A stretch of DNA of 64,000 nt from Salisapilia sapeloensis CBS 127946 (taxonomy: Eukaryota; Protista; Oomycota). The translations under genes and the position numbers were made by a program. The notes under the pieces are model-generated. The model was given only the letters and a program-made list of their open reading frames with translations, was not told the origin of the DNA and ran no database searches. Positions 55,172 to 64,000 of this stretch are shown in pieces (position 1 is the first letter of the stretch; every line of letters starts with the position of its first letter). The stretch spans positions 13,468 to 77,467 of the forward strand of contig JAADVB010000068.1 in NCBI GenBank assembly GCA_023334545.1. Reading direction: 5' to 3'.

Positions 55172-58100
55172 ATGGAAGCTGCTCGAGCTCGAGACGAATC
55201 CCCGACGCTCGACGATGGACAGGTGCCAGACATCAAGCGGCGTAAATTAGACACAGATCAAGACGCCAATGGACAGAGTGGACAGGCAGATGAAGCTACA
55301 TCCGAGGATGAGCTCCCAGGGCCGCACGAAGAGCCGCTGGACGTGACCAAGCTCGCTGTCCTATGTCCTTCCGTCCACTTCCGCCACGCATTCCCTGTCC
55401 TATCGGACCAACAGCGAGTGTACACACCAGCTATTAAAGACGCGCTAGGTGTCGAATGGCGCGTGATATGGTATCCACAAGGCCGGATGCTTGATGGGAA
55501 CCACGTGAGCGTCTTTGTCGAACGCGTGCCGCCCATCCAGACGGACGACCTCCCTCCTCGTTGCATCGACGTCGAAGTCAGACTACTCCACCGCAGTGAC
55601 GTTGTAGAGCGGAATCACCATCAGCTCTCAGGTCTGCATCCGCTCACGGCAGACGAGACGGAGATTGGCGTGAAAGACTTGTATCCGCGCGAAGCCTTGT
55701 TAGACTCTCGTAACGGATTCATCACACCTGAATGGAGAGTGCAGGTAGAAGTACTCATCCACTCCCTCGCTCTTGCTCCACCAGAAGAACTCCCGACCGA
55801 ACCTCTGCGTCCAGAAGTGGATGCGAGAGAAGAAACAGGGATGGTCGGATTGAAGAACCAAGGCGCTACTTGTTACCTCAATTCTCTCCTCCAGACACTC
55901 TTCCATCTACGAGCATTCCGACAAGTCGTGTACGAGACACCGACGGAGAAAGAGGACACGACGGACTCTGTCTCGCTCGCCCTCCAACGCGTCTTCTATC
56001 GTCTCCAGTCGCATCATAAAGCTGTGAGCACCAAGGAGCTCACGCGTTCCTTTGGCTGGAGTCAAATCGATTCGTTCATGCAGCATGACGTCCAAGAGCT
56101 CTATCGTATCCTCTGCGATCGACTGGAAGAGAAGATGAAGAACACACCTGTCGACGGTGCGATCAAGCGTCTTTTCGAAGGCAAAGTCCGGAGTTTCGTC
56201 GAATGCGTCGACGTCGACTTCCGATCGACGCGAGACGAATCGTTCTACGATTTACAACTCGATGTCAAGGGCTGTAAAGACTTGTACGAGTCGTTTAAAA
56301 AGTATGTCGAAGTCGAGATGTTGGATGGTGATAATCAGTACGAAGCGGAAGGATATGGGAAACAAGATGCTAGGAAAGGCGTTCGCTTTCGACACTTTCC
56401 ACCTGTCCTAAGTCTTCAACTCAAACGCTTTGAATATGACCCAATGCGCGATGGGATGGTCAAGATCCACGACCGATTCACGTTCCCAAAGACGCTCGTA
56501 CTAGATCCATTCGTAGATGACGAGAGAGAGAGTAGTACTAGTGATAATCATGTCTATCATCTACATAGCGTACTTGTGCACAGTGGAGACGTCCATGGAG
56601 GACACTACTATGCTTACATCCGTACAGACCGACAGCTCCAGGAGACGTCGGACTGGTTTAAATTCGACGACGAACAGATCTCGAGAGCAGACGACTTGAC
56701 GGCGTTGGAAGGCAGTTTCGGTACGAACCAAGGCGACCAATCCAGCACTTCGACGCCTCTCTACTCGTCCATGCTCTGTTCTCCCGACAGTACGTCTGGT
56801 GTGAATGGAGACAACGGTCTCGATCTGCATCCTTCTACGTCTCCTGCAGAAGATGTAGGAGACGAAAGCCACACGGATCAGTCTATGCATGACACGAATA
56901 ACCTCCTGCTCCCACTTACACGTAGCTACGCGAGTGCCTACATGCTCGTATACGTTCGAGATGGTTTGAATGACATCTCAAGCATTCGAGAGCAGGTGGA
57001 AAAGAAGGAACAAGTAGATGTCCCACCAACGCTAGTCAATCGTTTCTTAGAAGAGGAAAAGGTGCATGCGGAACGCAAACGTCTGCAACAACTGGAGCAT
57101 TTGTTTTTGAACTTGAGAATCGCGACGGATGATAGTGTCGGACACTTGAAACGGATCACCAAGAGCATGGATTTCTCATCGTTTAATGCGACGAATACGC
57201 TCAAGCTTCGATTGCAACGTACGAATCCGATTCGAGCAGTCTACCTGCGAGTGTACTTGGCAACTGGAGTCCCAGTGCGTCGACAACGGATCTGGCGAGT
57301 GATCACGAGAGAGAACCGGACGCATCGACCGGATACGATGCTCGATCGAGAGGTACTAGACTACAGACTCGAAGGACTCGTGGATGAAGATGCTTCGGCC
57401 AAGAGTCCCGTCCGACTCTTTTTGCAGATTCTGCCTGATGCAGACACACGTTCGATCTATCGCTATTCTCTTGCGGACTTTACACCTCCTACTCAACCGG
57501 ATGTCGAGGGAAAGAGTGAGCAAGAAGCAGAGCAAGAACTATTGAAGAGTGTCGAGGAGATCGAGGACGAACCAACGTCCATCGGCGCGAATGACATCCT
57601 ACTCTTCGTCAAGTTTTATGATCTAGAGAAACGAGTAGGAGAGAGACTAGTGTACGTAGGAAACCTTGTCTTTGATAATCGACATACTGGGGCCCAGTTG
57701 GACGAGTATCTGCATGAAGCACTCGAGATACCTTCGTCCAAGGAGCTCGTGCTGTACGAAGAGATACAGCCGTCCAGCGTCGCGCCCATTCAACTCGACA
57801 CGACGCTCGAACAGTCCGAGATGCAGACTGGAGACATCGTGTGCTACCAATACGCTTGCACTCGTAAAGACGAAGCGTATCCGGACGTCCCGTCCTACTT
57901 TTCCTATCTTCTAGATAAAGTCGACGTCGTCTTCTACCAACTCGGAAGCACATCGTCGCTCACGCTTTCGCTGCTCTATAGCTACACGTACGACGAGATC
58001 ATTCACGCTCTTGCTTCATCTCTCGAACTAGATGACAGTCAGAAGATGCACTTGCGTCTGTATCAACACTCGCCACTGCATAATATGCCCAAGAAGTCTC

Positions 58101-59065
58101 CTTTACGACACTCGAGATACGCTGGTGACACACAGACCAAGCTTGAACATTTCTTAACTGAATACTCCGAACGATCGCACGTGATGCACTTTGAAATGCT
58201 CTCTGCTCCGATCACAGAGATCGAAGCGAAGAAACAAGTACGTGTAGCATGTAGTATCTACGACGACATCTTTGTCGACCCAACCGCTCCGACAGTCGCG
58301 AGACGAATGGAGTTTTATGTCCTACCGAGTGATACGATCAAAGACTTGATGCAGATGATTCGAAACCAATTGGACGTACCGGAAGACGTGGGCTTGAGGG
58401 TCTGTGAAACGAGAGATAATGGGACGGTCATCCATGCCGTGCTGGAGCTCGAGGAAGAGCTCGAGAGATATTGGGTCCATCATCATACAGGAAACTATGG
58501 TCTCTTTGTCGAAAGAGTGCCAGAGGAAGAGACGCAGACCAAGCATGCGAATCGAGTCGACCATCAAGGCACGGCGACTAGCCCAGTGGAGGTCGATGCG
58601 AGTGAAGAGGACGAACAGACGATGCTCATCCCAGTCGCACACTGTAGTCTGCTGGATGAAGAACGCAGTCTCGAGATGGTTCCGCATGGCGTCCCGTTCC
58701 TCGTCCACTGCCGAACGTTCGAGACGGTGGAACAAGTTCATAAACGCATGCAAAGAAGGTAGAGCCGAAGGTTTCTATATGTGTCTAGCAAGAGTATCTA
58801 ATGCATGTCTAGGATGGGCGTGAGTGATGCCGTATTTAACGAATGGAGACTGACGCTTTTGAAGAACAATCGAGCGTATCCGCTGCCGGATGTGCTCAAT
58901 GGGATGCACGCAGATCGGTACATGCAGCTGACGATGGAGAACCTGCAGAGCCTCATCCAGATGACGTTTGACGACCTCCGAGGCTTCGGCCTCGAACACT
59001 CGGAACCGCACCCTGTACCAAAGTATAACTCGAGACGGACCGACGGCGGCATCCGCATTCGTTGA
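55172..59065 (+). CDS. USP7: Ubiquitin carboxyl-terminal hydrolase 7-like (MATH, USP catalytic domain, UBL repeats, C-terminal activating tail); 2 exons
   Basis: GLKNQGATCYLNS, QHDVQE, HSGDVHGGHY, WFKFDD, AYMLVY. Last exon after an intron at about 58760-58811 ends FGLEHS...RR..GIRIR*. Confidence 0.93.
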
Positions 59066-59166
59066 ATACAAACACTCTCCATCCGTCCTTTTACAAAACG
59101 TGCCTATGAACGAGTACTCGTTGCTTTCTAGATGGTAAATAGGCAAAATTGGTATTCCTTCTCCTT

Positions 59167-61644
59167 TTACTCGTACAAGGATGCAAGCAGACGATGATGC
59201 TTGCTGTCCACCATCTCGCGTCGGACACGGCCACTCGTCGGATCGATCTCTCCTGACTCGACCGAAAAGGCTTCGGTCATGACAATCCACTTGCATACAC
59301 GAACGCCAGACACGCGTGCTCGATCTGGAAGGTCGTCGAGTACTCGATCGAAGTGGACGGCCCAGTACTGACACCTCGCGACTTCATCCACGGTCGTCGC
59401 TTGGCTACCGACGGAATGACCGACGTCCATCGCTTCTTCACTCAACTTCTTACCTACTCGCCCAGGAACATTTCCATTCGCATGCAAGTGCGGCTGACTA
59501 TTCGCACGTCCTCTCGCGACTTGTGTCTTGAGAAACAAGAGCACACAGAGGTATGGTCGACCGTCGCCCACAAGCACCGCACGATCGATCTCTGGTTCCT
59601 GCTGCAACGCATTCTCAAACGGCTGCACAGGTGCCCAGTCGCCTGTCGACAGCACGATAAACCGCGGCGGCGGCGACACATTGAGAAAGTCTGCCGGCGT
59701 CAAGTGTCCTCTCTGGGAGATATGCAGCCATCCATGATGCGCCTGCTGCGGCACGAAGCTCCCGTCGCGAATGTAACCTAGACAGACGTTCCGACCACGC
59801 ACGAGCACCTCTTGCGTTTCTTCATCGCACTTGACCTGCGTGCCTTGCAGCGGCATGCCAGAGCTCCCAAACTCCCAGTTATGAGGATAGTTCACCGTTG
59901 CGAAGCCACTTGTGCTTGGGTTACCAAAGAGCTGGTAGATCGGTACATCAATCGTCTTAAAGAGCTTCTCTAGATCTAAGTCAAGTGGAGAGAGGACCGA
60001 GTAGCAGGCATGACAACTTTCCAGTCCCAGTCGCTTCTTGAGTCCGTTTAACACGAGCCCTTTGGCGAGCATGTAGCCGAGACTCCGATGGCCTCCGCTC
60101 TGAGACCGCAGCTTTAACGAGTTGTTCGTCGCTCGGAGCTTGGCCCAACTGTAGAGAAAAGGATTGACCTCGCCTTTCATCCGATAGACCTGGTGACTTA
60201 GATGCGTCCATGTGTCTGGCGTCGCGAAGAAGACGGTCGGTCGACGCTCTGATAGGACCTGCAGCAGATTCTGTCGAGAGAACGTCGGAGCACACGTGAC
60301 GCCGAGACCACACATGATCGGAAGGTAGATCTCCAGCACCTGAGTGCCGACGTGATGCAGCTGCATGTACCCGACCATCCGATCGTTCCGAGTCAATGGA
60401 CCGAAGCAGACGTGGAGTGTGAAGGCTGTGAAGACGATATTGTCATGCGAGAGACAAGTACCGACGATACGACCGAGAGCGTCGTATCCAAAGTCCACGA
60501 CACAAGGGTCGCTTACGCGCAGACGACTCTGGAGGTCGTGCTCGATGGACACTTGCGGCACTCGCCCCATCCGCTCTGGATCCAAGAGGTCGCCGATCGT
60601 GTACACTAGGACATCGCCCGGTAGCTGTGCTTTGAAGCTTATCGGATCGACCTTGGAGCCAAGCAGCACGACCAACCTCAATCGAACGAGCTCTTCGTCC
60701 TCATCGCTTATATCGCTCTCTCCAGGAGATGGCGTCTCTTGCTGCTGAGCTAATTGCACCTGTAACGCCTCTATGATATTTGGATACGAGTCGTCTAGCA
60801 CCACGACACGAGCGTTCGCGTCAGGCCAAATGTGCTGCAGCAGCTCATCACTCGTCCAGCTCTGTCGGACGTGGCCGACGACGCCACCTAGAGCGATCAT
60901 AGCCATGTTGAGCATATACAAGTGTGGACAGGAACGACAGGTGAAGACTGCGCCGTCGCCAGTGTCAATGCCTAAGGAAACGAGAACGTTGGTGAGGTGC
61001 TGCGTCAGGCCATAGTACTCTGCCCAGGTATACGACACCTCTCCTCTATTCACAACTCTGCTACTATTCTCGTCTGTTAAGACGCGTTCTTCGCGTCCTG
61101 TGAGTGCTGTCGAGTCGCGATTCGCCTCCACGCTCTTGGTGAAAGCAGCCCAGAGACGCATCGGACGCACCATACTGTACTGATCAGCTCCGTCCGTCGA
61201 GACATTCGTCTGATCTGTCTGCCCTGTTAGCACCACTGGTTGCGTTGAACTCGTCTGGTTAAGCAGTCGACGCACTGGACGAGTGAAAGACGGCGGTGCT
61301 GGGTCAATACGGAACTTCCTGACGCGAGACGCCTGACCTTCTGACCCTGATTCACTCGGTCGCTGAGGTAACTCCACTGCTCGGAAGTGGTCCATATCGG
61401 AAGTAAGTCTCCTATGAGACGTCCCGGACGGTTTTTCCTCTGGAGCTATGGTACTGGATTCTGACTTTCCTACTCGTAGGCTGTCTCCACGAGGTTTGGT
61501 GTCTAAAGTGCATGACGAGCGTCTAGTATCGTCCTTGGTGTAATTGAATGGGCTCTGGGCATCTCGGTCGCTGAAGGAGTGGAGAGAATCAGTTATAGAA
61601 GTTTGTCGGCGTTCGAGCCGAGCGCTATCTCTGGTCGACTGCAT
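59167..61644 (-). CDS. Long-chain acyl-CoA synthetase (bubblegum-type AMP-binding fold) homolog with degenerate catalytic motifs, intronless
   Basis: 825-aa ORF from ATG 61644. Scaffold motifs TWAEYY, LSHDNI, DRMVGYMQLHH, RPTVF, GSSG, RGRNVCLGY, GWLH are present, but the ATP-binding motifs are altered (see findings). Confidence 0.82.
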   Translation of the reverse strand: MQSTRDSARLERRQTSITDSLHSFSDRDAQSPFNYTKDDTRRSSCTLDTKPRGDSLRVGKSESSTIAPEEKPSGTSHRRLTSDMDHFRAVELPQRPSESGSEGQASRVRKFRIDPAPPSFTRPVRRLLNQTSSTQPVVLTGQTDQTNVSTDGADQYSMVRPMRLWAAFTKSVEANRDSTALTGREERVLTDENSSRVVNRGEVSYTWAEYYGLTQHLTNVLVSLGIDTGDGAVFTCRSCPHLYMLNMAMIALGGVVGHVRQSWTSDELLQHIWPDANARVVVLDDSYPNIIEALQVQLAQQQETPSPGESDISDEDEELVRLRLVVLLGSKVDPISFKAQLPGDVLVYTIGDLLDPERMGRVPQVSIEHDLQSRLRVSDPCVVDFGYDALGRIVGTCLSHDNIVFTAFTLHVCFGPLTRNDRMVGYMQLHHVGTQVLEIYLPIMCGLGVTCAPTFSRQNLLQVLSERRPTVFFATPDTWTHLSHQVYRMKGEVNPFLYSWAKLRATNNSLKLRSQSGGHRSLGYMLAKGLVLNGLKKRLGLESCHACYSVLSPLDLDLEKLFKTIDVPIYQLFGNPSTSGFATVNYPHNWEFGSSGMPLQGTQVKCDEETQEVLVRGRNVCLGYIRDGSFVPQQAHHGWLHISQRGHLTPADFLNVSPPPRFIVLSTGDWAPVQPFENALQQEPEIDRAVLVGDGRPYLCVLLFLKTQVARGRANSQPHLHANGNVPGRVGKKLSEEAMDVGHSVGSQATTVDEVARCQYWAVHFDRVLDDLPDRARVSGVRVCKWIVMTEAFSVESGEIDPTSGRVRREMVDSKHHRLLASLYE

Positions 61645-62119
61645 GCAAATATGAAAACTGACATGGAGGGCGGGTGGTTGCGTGAAGGTTGCTCGACAAT
61701 TGACAAGCGTCTTATCCAACGAAGAGGAGACAAGTAGAGACAAGAGAGGTTCTGGAAAGAATCTTGCGTAGCGAAGGACACGACGAGACAGACGAGTGTA
61801 GCCACCGGACGTTTATAATTGGAAGAAATACATAGTAGATGCATTACGAGGCCAACAAGAGGACGAGGAGGCGAATTAGGTACGGTCACAAAGGTGGAAA
61901 TGATTATCATTTCTATCATGAGACATCTCGGAGAGATACACGCGGATGATAATGCACTATGGATGCACTTGCCAAGCAATCACTATGCAAGTAGAATACC
62001 CATGGTACTTGAAGTTCTCTTCATGATGATACCGTCGAAAGTAACTGGACAATCTACTGGGTTTTACTGTAGAAATGTCCGAAGAACAGTCGTCCGGATA
62101 AGATTATTCACTTAACCGA

Positions 62120-63900
62120 ATGGACACAATCCATCACTCGAAAGCTATGGAGCACCCAGAGCTCCTAGGAGTGGCGCTCGTGGTCGACGACTTGCACAAG
62201 GGATGTCACCTGGCCTTTCGATACCCTCCCCCACCATCACCCAGCTCCAAGTCCAAATTCCATCGTCTAAGTGCCGCTCTGACAGCCAAGTTACTACGTC
62301 CGAAGAATGCTCTTTGCAATCAAAGCTTTGAGCTAGCCATCGACAGCCTCCACTTTGTCAGTCACCCAGTCGTAGTCTCCCATCGTCCAACTGCATACGC
62401 AACGGTCGTTCGGAATGGAGCATACAGTTCCAGTCCAAGCTCTCGACCCGTCCACGGATCCACATCAGACGACACAGGGAAGGAGACGACCATGTTTAAC
62501 GTCATCTTCGCGCTAGCAGAGCCACCAGAATGGAGCTCCACTTGCTACACAGCCTATCGAACAGTCGCGGCACAGATATCCAATGCCTTGTTACACGAAG
62601 AGCTCCGATCTGGCTTTGTGTCGCACGAAGTCCGACAGCTTCTCCAGCTCCGAGAGGACCACAAGGACGAGTCGAGACGAGAGTGTAGCGTAAACGTAGC
62701 GGACAGGAGTTCAGGAGATAGTAATAATACAAGTAGGACGGAGAGGAAGGAAGGAGAGTCGAATAAATCTCTAGTCGAGGTCGATCCACGTACGTTTACA
62801 GACTGGGCACTCCAGTCTAGCACTCTCGCTAATGACCTCAAACGTATCTTTCATGGACTTCGAGACACTGGTGTCGTCCACGTCGTCATGAACCGGTGGG
62901 TGAAGCTGTCGCTGACTCTGACACAAGCGGTGGGTCCTGCCATCCACGACCTGCGACCATATCACACGCTTCTGCTCCTCCAGGAAGAAGAAAAGATCCT
63001 AGCACAGCTGCCTCCAGACCACTCTCAGCAGCTACGAGTGCTCATCGAAGCCACGAACCCACTTAAGAGCTTCCAGGAACTAGCGCTCGAAACGAGTCTG
63101 CCGATCCACCAGCTCTTCCAACTAGCTGCGCACCTGGTCTTCTGGGGTTTTGGTCGCATCGTCGATACCATCACGATGCACAATATTTATCAAGTCCATC
63201 CGAAAGCCCAGATCGGTCCCTCGTCCTCTGGTATCGCAGTTGCCTTCCGTATCAAGTTCCCCATGCGAGAACTAGGTGAGACCTTGGCAGTCTTCTCCCA
63301 AGCCAAGCGTCTCGGAGAACATATTAAGCCTCTATCTACTAATGCCAAGGAAGAGTACATCCACGTATTGGTAGGTGCATAGGCTCGTACAAGTATATAG
63401 GAAGCTAATGATGAAGATAGATATGGCTACTTCAGAACGAGCTCATCTTCCAGCTCCATCGGTACGTCTACTTTATGATCCCGTCCGAGAATGACGACGC
63501 TTCGGAGGAGGAAACCAACCAACGTCCATCCATGCCGTTCCTATCGACGTCTATGAGGAAGAGAGGACATAGCTGGAGCACAAGCAGCGGTCTGTCTCCG
63601 TCGCTACTGCCGATGGACGAAGAAGATGTGGAAATTAGCAGTAGCCTGTCGTCCCAGCAAGCGTCTCTAGTCCAGCCGAAAGGTCTTCCTGCACTTGCTT
63701 TCTCCACGTCCGAACGAGCATACCTGGAGAAGATTGCTACGAATACGCCGGTCTTTGCGCTTTTCAAACGCCTGTGTGTATACTTTCATGGACAGCATCA
63801 CATGGAAGAGATTATGTGGAGAGAGAACATTTCAAGAAGTGAGCTAAGGACGGTACTGAGTACATATAAAGAGAGTATCGTGTGCTGCATGCACGAGTGA
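62120..63900 (+). CDS. NPRL3: GATOR1 subunit NPRL3 (nitrogen permease regulator 3-like); 2 exons
   Basis: LAFRYP, LLRPKNALCNQSFELAIDSLHFVSHP, LLHEELRSGF, LRPYHTLLL, QLAAHLVFWG, -IWLLQNELIFQLHRYV, YFHGQHHMEEIMWRENISRSEL. Intron at about 63371-63420. Confidence 0.92.
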
Positions 63901-64000
63901 ATGGATAAGTAGTTGAAGAGTACATGCGTGTTTCGTGCGTTTATAATTGGACTCCGTTGGGATTGAGGAACCAGTAGAGTAGCGACTGGATGTGGTGGTA

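Noticed and set aside
3764-59065. Functional gene cluster (chromatin: BRE1, KDM5, USP7; translation: eIF4E2, eIF6, BMT5, UTP13)
   Set aside because: The genes are scattered among unrelated loci and these categories are abundant in any eukaryotic genome. There is no evidence of co-regulation.
3905-63420. U12-type or non-canonical introns
   Set aside because: All modelled introns are GT-AG and none begins with the RTATCCTT minor-class donor. The TCCTT in GTACGTCCTT is offset by two bases.
181-63767. Numerous 60-250 aa ORFs antisense or out of frame to the main genes (e.g. 14200-14697, 24571-25149, 31284-31760, 43631-44209, 49569-50309, 58775-59374)
   Set aside because: They are shadow ORFs overlapping well-supported genes, with no recognisable motifs. 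This is expected from codon structure at this GC content.
1-64000. tRNA, rRNA, snRNA genes, CRISPR arrays, intact transposase/RT ORFs, telomere arrays
   Set aside because: I found no T-loop/cloverleaf, snRNA signature, regularly spaced repeat-spacer array or transposase/RT motif by eye. A covariance-model scan could still find small ncRNAs.

Overview
Gene-dense eukaryotic nuclear DNA with the standard genetic code. It is most likely an oomycete or a close stramenopile relative; this is inferred from the gene families, the short introns, Inr-like promoter motifs and the flagellar gene CEP162, not from a database search. I model 28 protein-coding genes and, by hand, about 58 GT-AG introns, mostly 45-75 nt, so the ORF track fragments or misses several genes. 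Most genes are housekeeping: F-box/LRR, eIF4E2, CEP162, eIF6, S53 peptidase, BRE1, transporters, BMT5-like, TBC GAP, GAF-PDE, PXMP4, CBS-PB1, TMUB-like, RWDD2, UTP13, CDK, KDM5, USP7 and NPRL3. I saw no rRNA, tRNA, CRISPR array, intact transposon or multi-gene novel system. The best leads are: a full-length acyl-CoA-synthetase-fold protein lacking all its ATP-binding and catalytic motifs (likely pseudoenzyme); a signal-peptide-bearing spermidine-synthase-like SAM-binding protein; a CaaX-tailed protein with a fungal-like domain; a 130-aa protein with two Dpy-30/RIIa-like motifs; a 46-bp ATG-to-ATG divergent pair; nine convergent pairs all separated by 101 bp or less; a MITE-like inverted repeat; and unusual splice-site preferences (GTACGTYCW donors, mostly TAG acceptors).
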